Virus record (IMG/VR): IMGVR_UViG_3300017646_000199
Location: 1-37,622 of that record
Length of the DNA stretch: 37,622 bases
Reading direction: 5' to 3' (one strand)
Source of the DNA: a virus
Lineage: Duplodnaviria > Caudoviricetes
In this document: piece by piece, positions 1-7,891 of the stretch
Numbering within the stretch: the stretch's first letter is position 1
Layout: each line of letters begins with the position of its first letter
The notes under the pieces: generated by a model
What the model saw: only the letters and a program-made list of their open reading frames with translations
The model's database searches: none
What the model was told of the DNA's origin: nothing
Program-made: the position numbers and the translations under genes

Positions 1-67
1 GCCGGTCGCAGGGGCGTTCCGACGCCGGCAGATGAGCCGGGCTCGATTGGGAGTACGCGCGAGCCTT

Positions 68-76
68 TGCTAGGAT
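68..76 (+). promoter_or_regulatory. Probable host extended -10 promoter for tRNA-Asn
   Basis: TGcTAGGAT about 30 nt upstream of the tRNA; short leader hairpin CTGCCG/CGGCAG at 85-101. Confidence 0.5.
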
Positions 77-104
77 TGAGGACGCTGCCGAACGACGGCA
101 GTGA

Positions 105-177
105 TCCTCCATAGCTCAATTGGCAGAGCAATCGGCTGTTAACCGATAGGTTCTTGGTTCGAGTCCAAGTGGGGGAG
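105..177 (+). tRNA. tRNA-Asn (GTT); prophage attachment site (attL side)
   Basis: Acceptor TCCTCCA/TGGGGGA; D arm TAGCTCAATTGGCAGAGC; anticodon stem ATCGG/CCGAT with loop CTGTTAA (GTT at 138-140); T loop GGTTCGAGTCC; CCA not encoded. Confidence 0.97.
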
Positions 178-489
178 CTTCCCAAGGCCCTCGCCGTTCG
201 CGGCGGGGGCCTTTTTCGTTGCGCCCGGAGTGGTGGGTGCGTCGATGTCGAGCATCCACGACGCGGGGATGCGGGTGAGCATCTCGATGCGCTTTGCGAT
301 GCTGACGATGTCGCGGGGGCGGGAGTTGCCTGCCTCCCATTGTGCGTAGGCGCTCGCGGTGCAGTCGATGTGTTGCGCGAACGTGCGCTGGTCCATGCCA
401 GCGGTGGTGCGTGCCTTCCGCAGCCGGTCGGCGAACGTCCACACGGGGATCACAGAAGTGGTGCCTACGTGGAGAGGTTGTGCGCTCAT
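139..489 (-). CDS. Immunity repressor, XRE/Cro-C1 HTH (prophage form, ending inside the tRNA)
   Basis: FADRLRKARTTAGMDQRTFAQHIDCTASAYAQWEAGNSRP is an HTH_3 signature; the C-terminus LPHLDSNQEPIG is antisense tRNA; stop TAA is the complement of tta 139-141. Confidence 0.92.
   Translation of the reverse strand: MSAQPLHVGTTSVIPVWTFADRLRKARTTAGMDQRTFAQHIDCTASAYAQWEAGNSRPRDIVSIAKRIEMLTRIPASWMLDIDAPTTPGATKKAPAANGEGLGKLPHLDSNQEPIG
184..216 (+). terminator. Intrinsic terminator after the tRNA, encoded antisense within the repressor CDS
   Basis: AAGGCCCTCGCCG-TTCG-CGGCGGGGGCCTT followed by TTT. Confidence 0.85.
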
Positions 490-495
490 GCGGAA

Positions 496-524
496 AGCAT
501 GGCAGCTTTAGCGACCATGCGCAA
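496..524 (-). promoter_or_regulatory. Repressor promoter (leaderless transcript)
   Basis: Minus strand TTGCGC-N17-CATGCT, with the -10 lying 6 nt before the ATG at 489 and no SD. Confidence 0.65.
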
Positions 525-543
525 CCTTCAAGACTTTCAGTAG

Positions 544-617
544 ACAAGCCCGGCTTGTGTTGCCTGAGTCAATCTAAGTGTGCTTAGTTAACCCACATGA
601 ATTCTAAGCAGGCTTAT
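544..617. promoter_or_regulatory. Three candidate operator palindromes in the genetic switch
   Basis: ACAAGCCCGGCTTGT (544-558), CTAAGTGTGCTTAG (574-587), CTAAGCAGGCTTAT (604-617); starts exactly 30 bp apart. Confidence 0.6.
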
Positions 618-827
618 AGCGAGGACGACCTGCTGCCCGTCAGCAAGGCTGCTGCGGTCATCGGAGTCCATGCGCAGACCCTACGCAACTACGAGGCCGC
701 CGGCTACATCGGCGCGACCCGAACCCCGGGCGGCGAGCGACGGTTCCGGTTCGGTGATCTCGTCGAGCTTCGGGACAACCCGCCGGAGCTGTATGTGCGG
801 AAGCCGAAGGCGAGCGCGGCCGCATGA
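597..827 (+). CDS. MerR-type HTH protein (Cro/excisionase-like)
   Basis: LLPVSKAAAVIGVHAQTLRNYEAAGYIGATRTPGGERRF; divergent from the repressor. Confidence 0.85.
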   Translation: MNSKQAYSEDDLLPVSKAAAVIGVHAQTLRNYEAAGYIGATRTPGGERRFRFGDLVELRDNPPELYVRKPKASAAA

Positions 828-1111
828 GCTTCGATGCGGAGTTCTATGCGCAGCTCGAGCGGGCGCGGACGTTCGACGAGGTGCAGCGGCTGAGCGATCT
901 GCAGGAGCAGCGGGCGAGCGAGCGGCGCGAAGAGGCACGGTCGCGGTCTGCGGTGGCGATGCTGTGGCTGCTCGCGGTGGCGGGCGTGGTGCTAGTCACG
1001 TGGGTTCTGGGCCGGTATGGGGCTCTGTCGGACTCGCTTGTGGTCGGGTTCGCGTTCGGCCTCGGGGTGTCGGCGCTGCTTCGCCTGGTGCGCATTCTCC
1101 GGCGCGACTGA
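824..1111 (+). CDS. Hypothetical membrane protein (2 TM)
   Basis: ATGA overlap with the previous gene; two hydrophobic segments. Confidence 0.75.
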   Translation: MSFDAEFYAQLERARTFDEVQRLSDLQEQRASERREEARSRSAVAMLWLLAVAGVVLVTWVLGRYGALSDSLVVGFAFGLGVSALLRLVRILRRD

Positions 1112-1185
1112 CCACTTTCCCCCTGTCTGGTCGCGGCGTGGTGCGGCCGATTCCCAATCGAAGAAACGAACCGAGGGCAACGGTT

Positions 1186-1587
1186 ATGAAGGCATGGATT
1201 CAGCGACGCCGGAAGGCGCGTCGCGAGGTGGTACGGGAGCGTGTGGCGTCTCCGCGGCTGTTCGAGCTCGATGACGAGCGTGATGAGGGTCGTGTGGTGG
1301 AGCTGGGGCAGTTCCTGGTGGATCAGGGGTGGCCGGCGAACGCGTTCACCGCGCATGCGGTGGTGGAGTTCGAGCGGGCGGTGCGGCGCCGGTACGTCGA
1401 GGTGCGTGGTGTTGAGCCTCCGCGCGCTCACGGCGGCTGGGTGTACCGCGGATATGCGGACTGGTTGCTGGTCATGGCGGTGTACGAGGAGTCGATCGGT
1501 GTGCTGGCTGAGCAGCTGGCGCACGAGAACGTCCCGGGGTCGCTGTCGTCGACGAGCAGCATCGCGGTCCTCGGGAGCGAGTCGTGA
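1186..1587 (+). CDS. Hypothetical phage protein
   Basis: 3' part of ORF 670..1587; ATG at 1186 after GAGGG; GC-rich codon usage. Confidence 0.7.
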   Translation: MKAWIQRRRKARREVVRERVASPRLFELDDERDEGRVVELGQFLVDQGWPANAFTAHAVVEFERAVRRRYVEVRGVEPPRAHGGWVYRGYADWLLVMAVYEESIGVLAEQLAHENVPGSLSSTSSIAVLGSES

Positions 1588-1697
1588 ACCCGCTGGCGCG
1601 GTGCACCCGGAAGGACGAGGCGGGGCGAGCGTGCAAGGCGGAGCGGTTCCACTGGGGCGAGTGCCTGTTCACGCTGTCGGGCGGTGAGGTCCGGTGA
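1584..1697 (+). CDS. 37-aa microprotein with C-C-H-C pattern
   Basis: GTGA overlaps at both ends; MNPLARCTRKDEAGRACKAERFHWGECLFTLSGGEVR. Confidence 0.55.
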   Translation: MNPLARCTRKDEAGRACKAERFHWGECLFTLSGGEVR

Positions 1698-1795
1698 GTG
1701 CGCTGGAGACGACGGTGGCCGAGTTGAGGGCGCTTGGTCTGGGGCCGAAGCCGGCGGCGGAGCATGTCGCGCTGCAGTCCGAGGCGGCGTCGTGA
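1694..1795 (+). CDS. 33-aa microprotein
   Basis: GTGA start overlap and TGATG overlap with the next gene; MSALETTVAELRALGLGPKPAAEHVALQSEAAS. Confidence 0.5.
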   Translation: MSALETTVAELRALGLGPKPAAEHVALQSEAAS

Positions 1796-2097
1796 TGGCC
1801 GCGGTCGAGACGGAGTCTGTGCTCGAGGTGATCGAGGCGTTGGACTTCGAGCCTGAGGTGCGGTGCGCAGCTGTACGGCCCGGCCACGGAATGCCGCAGT
1901 GCGAGCAAGAGGCGAAGTGGTACCTCACGTGTCGGCAGGTCGGTTGTGGGCTCACGATCCCGTTCTGCGACGAGCACCTCGAGCTTGCTCGCACGCTGGC
2001 GATGCTCAACGGGGGCATGCGCTGCTCTGAGTGCAGAGTGCCGTCGCGAACGTTCGCGGCAGGGGTGCGGGTCACACCTATCAGGGGGCGTCGCTGA
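1795..2097 (+). CDS. Cys-rich putative Zn-finger protein
   Basis: TGATG-coupled start; multiple Cys including CDEH and CSEC. Confidence 0.7.
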   Translation: MAAVETESVLEVIEALDFEPEVRCAAVRPGHGMPQCEQEAKWYLTCRQVGCGLTIPFCDEHLELARTLAMLNGGMRCSECRVPSRTFAAGVRVTPIRGRR

Positions 2098-2684
2098 TGG
2101 GCGCCGTGGTGGGGGTCGATGCGTCGATCTCGTCGACGGGGCTCGCGGTGCTGGGTGCGGGTGAGCCGGAGTTCCGGCGGGTGCAGACGCGGCCGCGCGG
2201 TGAGGACATCGCGTCGCGGGTGGGTCGGCTGCGGGAGTCGGTGGTGAAGCTCACCCGGGCGCTCGACTCGATCCTGTACGCGGCGCCGGCGGCGGAGGTG
2301 GATCTCGTCGTGCTGGAGATGCCGGCCTTTGGGAAGAGCAACGGGCAGACGCACATGCTCGCGGGGCACTGGTGGTTGACGGTGCATGCGCTGGAGAAGT
2401 ACGCGCCGGGCCGGGTGACTTCGGTGGCGACGACGACGCTCAAGAAGTTCGCGACGGGGAGTGGTCGGGCGGACAAGGCGGACGTCCATTCGGCGGCTGT
2501 GAGGGCGTTCCCGGGGCGGATCCCGGCGGACTTCAAGGCGGGGAACGACATCGCGGATTCGGCCGTCCTGGCGTCGATGGGCGCGGTGTGGCTGGGGCGT
2601 GAGTTTGGCGGCGTGTTCGCGCCGTCTGGGATGGCGAGCGTGCAGGCGGTGCGCTGGCCACGGATCGAAGGAGAGATGAGATGA
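2097..2684 (+). CDS. RuvC-like Holliday junction resolvase
   Basis: VVGVDASISSTGLA, LVVLE, TLKKFATGSGRADK, NDIADS motifs. Confidence 0.85.
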   Translation: MGAVVGVDASISSTGLAVLGAGEPEFRRVQTRPRGEDIASRVGRLRESVVKLTRALDSILYAAPAAEVDLVVLEMPAFGKSNGQTHMLAGHWWLTVHALEKYAPGRVTSVATTTLKKFATGSGRADKADVHSAAVRAFPGRIPADFKAGNDIADSAVLASMGAVWLGREFGGVFAPSGMASVQAVRWPRIEGEMR

Positions 2685-3028
2685 GCGTGAAGCTGAAGGC
2701 GGCGCTGCCGAAGGACGACGAGGCGAACGGACTCGACGACGGCGTGCGCGACGAGCTCCTGGCGGACCCGCGGAAGCTGCGGGTCGGGCTCGTGGTGTTC
2801 GCGGTGGAGGAGACGACGAAGTCGCTGGCGACGGGTCAGGAGACGCCGAAGCTGCGGATCGAGCGGATCGAGCTGCTGACGGATGCCGAGGAGGCGGATG
2901 ACGCGGTGCGTCGGATTCAGGCCCTGTCCGAGGTTCGCACGGGGAACAGCCCGCTGCCGGGTGGGAAGGGTAAGGCTGAGGCCGCGCTCGACTTCGACGG
3001 CGACGACGACTTCCCGGACGCAGCATGA
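2681..3028 (+). CDS. Hypothetical phage protein
   Basis: ATGA-coupled, SD GAAGGAG, good codon usage. Confidence 0.75.
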   Translation: MSVKLKAALPKDDEANGLDDGVRDELLADPRKLRVGLVVFAVEETTKSLATGQETPKLRIERIELLTDAEEADDAVRRIQALSEVRTGNSPLPGGKGKAEAALDFDGDDDFPDAA

Positions 3029-4044
3029 GCCCCGTGCTGGAAGCACTCGAGCAGCGTGCCGGCGCCTCGTCGACGGATCGTCCCGCGTGGCTGTCGCAGC
3101 GGCACCACGGTGTCACGGCGACCGACATCGCGAAGCTCATGCGGGCTACGCCTCTCGGCCGGCGGCGACTGATCGAGGACAAGGTCGCGGGCAAGGAACT
3201 GAATCTCTCGTTCCGGCGCGCGGCACGCTGGGGAACGGTCCGGGAGGCATACATCGCGGACTGGCTGCGTCGCCGGTTCAACGTGGAGGCGAACGACCGA
3301 CTGTTCCGGGGCGCGGGCAACGAGCGTCATCTCGCGACACCGGATGGCATCGGCATCGACTTCGATGAGCGAGTCACGGCGTCGGAAATCAAGACGGGCG
3401 AGGACGACCTGACGCCCGGCCCGGCCGAGGCGATCGTGGATGGCGTCCTTCGAGTGGATCTCGTCGATGACGCGTTCCGGCGGACGAGCGAGTTTTGGAG
3501 GAAGGGCTACTACGACCAGGTGCAGGGGCAGATCCTCGTGCTCGCCGCTGACCGCGGGCGGTTCACGTGGGAGCAGCACGACGGGGACTGGTCGGGCTGG
3601 CCCGAGCGTGGGCCTGCGCCGCTTGAGGCGGAGCCACGGACGGTGATCATCCCGCGGGATGACTTCCGCATCGACGAGCTCGTGATGACAGCGGATGTGT
3701 TCCTGTCCGATCTCGATGCGGCTTTCGCGGCAGGAACGGCGGACGTGGATCCGTTGCTCGAGGCGCTGCTGCGGGAGGACATCGCCGCGGCTGCGGCAGC
3801 GAAGGCTGCCCGTGCCGCGCTCGAGGCGTACGTCGCGGCGAACTCGATCGAGTCGTACCGGTCGGAGGTCGGATCGGTGTCCTACGCAGCAGGCAAGGGT
3901 CGCACGGCGTTCGATCAGGCCGCATTCAAGGCGGCGCATCCCGCGCTCGCGCAGGAGTTCATGAGGACGTATCCGCCGGGGAAGCCGACGCTGCGCGTTA
4001 CCCCGGCGAAGAACGAAGGAGCAGATGGTGGCAACGAAGACTGA
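3025..4044 (+). CDS. YqaJ/lambda-exo-like recombination exonuclease
   Basis: WLSQRHHGVTATDI, WGTVRE, HLATPDG, EIKT, YYDQVQGQ. Confidence 0.88.
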   Translation: MSPVLEALEQRAGASSTDRPAWLSQRHHGVTATDIAKLMRATPLGRRRLIEDKVAGKELNLSFRRAARWGTVREAYIADWLRRRFNVEANDRLFRGAGNERHLATPDGIGIDFDERVTASEIKTGEDDLTPGPAEAIVDGVLRVDLVDDAFRRTSEFWRKGYYDQVQGQILVLAADRGRFTWEQHDGDWSGWPERGPAPLEAEPRTVIIPRDDFRIDELVMTADVFLSDLDAAFAAGTADVDPLLEALLREDIAAAAAAKAARAALEAYVAANSIESYRSEVGSVSYAAGKGRTAFDQAAFKAAHPALAQEFMRTYPPGKPTLRVTPAKNEGADGGNED

Positions 4045-4870
4045 GGTCACGGACCGGGTGCAGCACGCGAACCTCGCAGCCGCGCTTGCGGCGGTGCAGA
4101 CGGAGATCCCTTCGGTGGCGAAGGGGAACACGGCTCAGGTCGCGAGCCAGAAGGGCTCGTACTCGTACCGGTACGCGGACCTCGCGGAGATCACGCCGCT
4201 GATCCTGCCGCTGCTGGGTAAGAACGGGCTGGCGTTCTCGGCTCAGCCGACGATCGTCGGGGACGCGTTTGTGCTGCACTACACGCTCGCGCACGAGTCG
4301 AGCGAAGCGATCGAGGGCATCTACCCGCTGCCGGATCCGACGCATGCGCGTCCGCAGGAGATCGGGTCGGCCATCACCTACGCCCGCCGGTACGCGCTGT
4401 GCGCCGTCACGGGAGTTGCTCCCGGCGGCGACGACGATGACGCCGCATCTGCGAACGAGCGGCCGGCGGCGGCGCGCAAGCCGCGCCAGTCGAAGCCTGC
4501 GGAGCCGGTGCAGCGTCCGATCGAGACGCCCATCTATGCGTCGAGGAACTGGGCGGCGGACATCATGGACGCAAGGACCGTCGAGGATCTGCGCGGCGTG
4601 TACGAGGCAGCGGAGAAGGCCGGGGAGGTCGGGCGCCAGTTCGATCCGGAGTACCAGCGATTCCTCGACGAGGTCGTGTCCATGCATGAGCTGCAGGCGC
4701 CTCCCGCTGGGGTGTCCGTGGGTCAGATGCTCGGTGCGGTGCGGAAGGCGATCGAGGCGCGGCCGAAGGCGGCAGAGAGCGAGCCGCGCCCGGAGTCGGC
4801 GGACCCCGTGCCGAGCGACGACACGCCGATGTGGGAGACGGCGACGATCCCGAACGGTGACGAGTCATGA
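4025..4870 (+). CDS. ERF-family ssDNA annealing protein
   Basis: YSYRYADLAEI and PQEIGSAITYARRYALCAVTGVAPGGDDDDA. Confidence 0.93.
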   Translation: MVATKTEVTDRVQHANLAAALAAVQTEIPSVAKGNTAQVASQKGSYSYRYADLAEITPLILPLLGKNGLAFSAQPTIVGDAFVLHYTLAHESSEAIEGIYPLPDPTHARPQEIGSAITYARRYALCAVTGVAPGGDDDDAASANERPAAARKPRQSKPAEPVQRPIETPIYASRNWAADIMDARTVEDLRGVYEAAEKAGEVGRQFDPEYQRFLDEVVSMHELQAPPAGVSVGQMLGAVRKAIEARPKAAESEPRPESADPVPSDDTPMWETATIPNGDES

Positions 4871-5256
4871 GCGCGCGCGCCGAGATGCTCGTCGAGCGAG
4901 CAGAGCTCTGGCTCAAGAACGCGGTCACTGCGCAGGCGAACGAGGGCGACCTGAAGAACGAGGAGCTGGCGGCGGCGTACGCGGCGATCGCTCAGGTGCA
5001 CGCGACGCTCGCCCTCGTAGAGCAGACCGCCGCGCTCGTCCGGCAGGGCGCCCCCGAGGTGGCAGAGAAAGTCGCGTGGGAGCCGGGTGGTGTCGGCGGA
5101 GCTGAGGAGGTCATCGAGTACGCGCTCGACTTCGGCAGCGGCCTCACGTGCATCAGCGAGGACCGTGCGGACGCCGACGAGATGCAGCTCGTCATTCCTG
5201 GAAGCGTGGTGCTCAGCCGCCGTGTGACTCGGAGCGAGTGGAGCGTGGCGTCATGA
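4867..5256 (+). CDS. Hypothetical phage protein
   Basis: ATGA-coupled ORF in the operon. Confidence 0.7.
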   Translation: MSARAEMLVERAELWLKNAVTAQANEGDLKNEELAAAYAAIAQVHATLALVEQTAALVRQGAPEVAEKVAWEPGGVGGAEEVIEYALDFGSGLTCISEDRADADEMQLVIPGSVVLSRRVTRSEWSVAS

Positions 5257-5741
5257 GCGCGGCGGATCTGTTGGAGGACTCGTTCCCGCACGCGACGCCG
5301 GCGGGGTACACGCTCGGCTGCCGTGGCGGGCACTGCCCGGGCCGTGAGCAGCACGGGATGTCGTGCTCGGAGGCGCGCACGAGGTATCACGGTGACTGGG
5401 CGTTCCGGCGCCTCGTCGAGCAGGGCGCGACTGCGGTCGAGCTGGGTGAGTTCGTCGCGGCGCAGCGCGCGGCTGAGGCGGCGTCGGATCGCGCGGGATC
5501 GGTGGTCGCGCGGAAGCCTGCACCGGCGCTGAGGCGGAAGCGGGTTCCGAAGACGGGGATCACGCGGAAGCGGTACACGAGCGCGGAGATGGATCGGATC
5601 CGTGAGCTGAACGCGTTGGGCTGGAACGACACCCGGATCGGTGCCGAGTTGGGTCGTCCGGCGAACTCGGTGCGTGACCGGCGGGTCGAGATGGGTCTCC
5701 CGACTCGTCCACGTGTGTACGCCCGGCGAGGTGCAGCATGA
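5253..5741 (+). CDS. Putative DNA-binding protein (Cys/His N-terminus, C-terminal HTH)
   Basis: HATPAGYTLGCRGGHC...C; YTSAEMDRIRELNALGWNDTRIGAELGRPANSVRDRR. Confidence 0.7.
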   Translation: MSAADLLEDSFPHATPAGYTLGCRGGHCPGREQHGMSCSEARTRYHGDWAFRRLVEQGATAVELGEFVAAQRAAEAASDRAGSVVARKPAPALRRKRVPKTGITRKRYTSAEMDRIRELNALGWNDTRIGAELGRPANSVRDRRVEMGLPTRPRVYARRGAA

Positions 5742-6235
5742 CCGGGCAGCCTACGGCCGCGACCTCGGTCTCGCTCGGTGCCGTGCAGGTGCTGCGGGAC
5801 ACGATCGGTCTGCAGAATGTCGACCCGAAGGACGAGCTGCAGATGCAGCTGGCTCAGACCGTGCAGGAGCTCGGCCAGGGTGCGACGTTTGGCCAGAGGG
5901 TGGTGGCGCTCCGGTTCGTGTTCGCATGGCACCTGCGCGACGCCGGTGAGGTGTTCGCGACGTCGAAGGCGGACTACGAGGCGCATATGGCCCGTCTCAA
6001 GACGCGGTTCCTGGCGGAGCCGAAGATGTCGGTCGCGAAGGCCGAGGTGATGGCGGAGGCGGACGACGAGTCGTACCGGCTGAAGCTGGCGTACCTCGTG
6101 GCGGAGCAGCGGGAGCGTGCGATGCGGAAGTTCCTCGATGCGCTGGAGTCGGCGCTCGACAACCACAGGACGGACCGTGCCGACCTGCGTGCGGGTGACC
6201 GTGCGCACGCTCAGGGGATCGGTGGAGGTGCGTGA
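5738..6235 (+). CDS. Helical hypothetical protein (possibly UvsY-like recombination mediator)
   Basis: Coupled ORF; coiled segment MSVAKAEVMAEAD...ALESALDNHRT; family call is tentative. Confidence 0.65.
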   Translation: MTGQPTAATSVSLGAVQVLRDTIGLQNVDPKDELQMQLAQTVQELGQGATFGQRVVALRFVFAWHLRDAGEVFATSKADYEAHMARLKTRFLAEPKMSVAKAEVMAEADDESYRLKLAYLVAEQRERAMRKFLDALESALDNHRTDRADLRAGDRAHAQGIGGGA

Positions 6236-6336
6236 TGAGTGGGTTCTTTGGGCATCCGGTGGTGCGCGCGGGCCTCCTGGTCTTGGGCTTCGCGGTGTGG
6301 TGCGCGCTGGTGATCTGGATCGGGGCGGAGCGATGA
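6235..6336 (+). CDS. 33-aa single-TM peptide
   Basis: SD GGAGG, TGATG overlap; MSGFFGHPVVRAGLLVLGFAVWCALVIWIGAER. Confidence 0.65.
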   Translation: MSGFFGHPVVRAGLLVLGFAVWCALVIWIGAER

Positions 6337-6338
6337 GG

Positions 6339-6563
6339 TCAGCGCATGATGCCGCGGATAGTGAGGCGCACGGCTTCCTCGAAGTCATCGTGGCGGGCGT
6401 CCGACCCCGGCTTGAAGTAGCCCCGGTCGTCTCGCTTGATGGTGCCGAGGGGCATCCCGTCGTTGCGGACATGCCAGGTGTTCTCGTCGGTCTGCTTGAG
6501 GCTGATCTGCGAGTACGGGCCGTCGTCGAACGGGATGTACTTCGGGTAGTCGGGTCGAGTCAC
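6339..6563 (-). CDS. Leaderless antisense cargo gene, hypothetical 74 aa
   Basis: Protein-like composition; -10 TAGAGT 6 nt before GTG. Confidence 0.75.
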   Translation of the reverse strand: MTRPDYPKYIPFDDGPYSQISLKQTDENTWHVRNDGMPLGTIKRDDRGYFKPGSDARHDDFEEAVRLTIRGIMR

Positions 6564-6589
6564 AGCCGCACTCTATCGGCGGTGACACC

Positions 6590-7891
6590 GTGAGCGCACT
6601 GACGATCGGGTCGCTCTGCTCCGGGTATGGCGGTCTCGACCTTGCCGTGGAGTCGTTCTTCGGTGCCGAGACGGCGTGGTTCGCGGAGTACGAGGACGCG
6701 CCGTCGAAGGTGCTCGAGAACCACTGGCCCGGTGTTCCGAACCTGGGCGACATGACCAAGATCGACTGGTCTTCGGTGGAGCCGGTCGCCATCGTCACTG
6801 GTGGCACGCCCTGCCAGGACCTATCCGCCGCGGGCCGTCGCCGCGGCATGACCGAGGGCACCCGCTCGAATCTGTGGGTGCAGATGCGCGAATGCATCGC
6901 CGCGGTCCAACCCTCAATCGTCATCTGGGAGAACGTCCGTGGAGCATACTCAGCGCACGCCACTAGCGAAGTGGAACACGAACCGGGATTGCTGGGAGAG
7001 CCTTACGGACCCGGCCGACCTGCTCTCCGGGCTCTTCACCGTGTACTCGGCGACCTTTCCGATCTCGGGTTCGATGCGGAATGGGTCGGTGTACGCGCGT
7101 CCGACGCAGGTGCCCCGCATGGACGGTTCCGGGTCTTCGTCGTTGCCTACGCCGACGGCTCGCGACGCGGCAGCCTCGGGAGGTTCGACGCCTTCGGACG
7201 TGACGTTGACGGACGCGGTCGTGCGGACGGAGCTCGGGTCGCGGGAGAATCCGCGGCACGCGCTGCTGAAGACGCCAACGTCGCAGCTCGCGGTGAACGG
7301 CGGATCGCAGCATCCGGAGAAGCGGAAAGCGGGCGGGCATGGTCCGACGCTGGCAGACGAGGTGGAGCACCTGCTGCCGACGCCGACGCTGCAGGACGGA
7401 TCGAACACGGCAGGACCGTCACAGCTCGTGCGGAACACCGTTCCGCTGAACACGCTAGTCACGCTCCTGCCGACCCCGAGCGCGTCGGTGACGAACGATG
7501 GCGAGGACACGACCTCGTGGCTGGCGCGCCGAGAGCGAGTGAAAGCCACGGGGGTGAATGGGAACGGCATGGGGATGCCTCTGACGATCGCGGCGCAGCT
7601 GCTGTCGAGTGGGGTCCCTACGAGTCCGCGATCCGACGCTGGGAGCGAGTTCTTGGACGAGTAGCGCCGGCGCCGACGAACCCTGATGGTAAGGGCGGTG
7701 CTCACCGTCTCGCGCCGGAGTTCGTCGAGTGGATGATGGGTCTCCCGGCTGGTCACGTCACCGGCGTTGGGATCTCACGCTCGGAGGAACTGAAGGCGCT
7801 CGGAAACGGTGTGGTCCCGCAGCAGGCAGAGCTCGCCCTGTCGATCGTGTGGCCTCGTCTCGTTGACGTGCGAGAGGCGGTCGCAGCGTGA
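6590..7891 (+). CDS. DNA (cytosine-5) methyltransferase
   Basis: Motif I SLCSGYGG, IV GTPCQDLS, VI WENV, VIII HGRFRVF, IX RLAPEFVEWMMGLP, X LGNGVVP. Confidence 0.93.
   Translation: MSALTIGSLCSGYGGLDLAVESFFGAETAWFAEYEDAPSKVLENHWPGVPNLGDMTKIDWSSVEPVAIVTGGTPCQDLSAAGRRRGMTEGTRSNLWVQMRECIAAVQPSIVIWENVRGAYSAHATSEVEHEPGLLGEPYGPGRPALRALHRVLGDLSDLGFDAEWVGVRASDAGAPHGRFRVFVVAYADGSRRGSLGRFDAFGRDVDGRGRADGARVAGESAARAAEDANVAARGERRIAASGEAESGRAWSDAGRRGGAPAADADAAGRIEHGRTVTARAEHRSAEHASHAPADPERVGDERWRGHDLVAGAPRASESHGGEWERHGDASDDRGAAAVEWGPYESAIRRWERVLGRVAPAPTNPDGKGGAHRLAPEFVEWMMGLPAGHVTGVGISRSEELKALGNGVVPQQAELALSIVWPRLVDVREAVAA
6939..7664 (+). CDS. Overprinted +1-frame protein with four LPTP modules (candidate MTase partner/specificity subunit)
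   Basis: SD GGGAG 7 nt before GTG; LPTP/LKTP at 7143, 7266, 7374, 7467; protein-like sequence where the main frame is low-complexity. Confidence 0.7.
   Translation: MEHTQRTPLAKWNTNRDCWESLTDPADLLSGLFTVYSATFPISGSMRNGSVYARPTQVPRMDGSGSSSLPTPTARDAAASGGSTPSDVTLTDAVVRTELGSRENPRHALLKTPTSQLAVNGGSQHPEKRKAGGHGPTLADEVEHLLPTPTLQDGSNTAGPSQLVRNTVPLNTLVTLLPTPSASVTNDGEDTTSWLARRERVKATGVNGNGMGMPLTIAAQLLSSGVPTSPRSDAGSEFLDE

Noticed and set aside
116-587. Alternative ORFs 116-547, 154-543 and 342-587 over the repressor
   Set aside because: No recognisable motifs; the HTH frame 139-489 with its promoter explains the region.
7143-7620. Reading the MTase as a frameshifted pseudogene or assembly error
   Set aside because: The main frame is uninterrupted from motif I to motif X, and the +1 frame has its own SD, start and stop.
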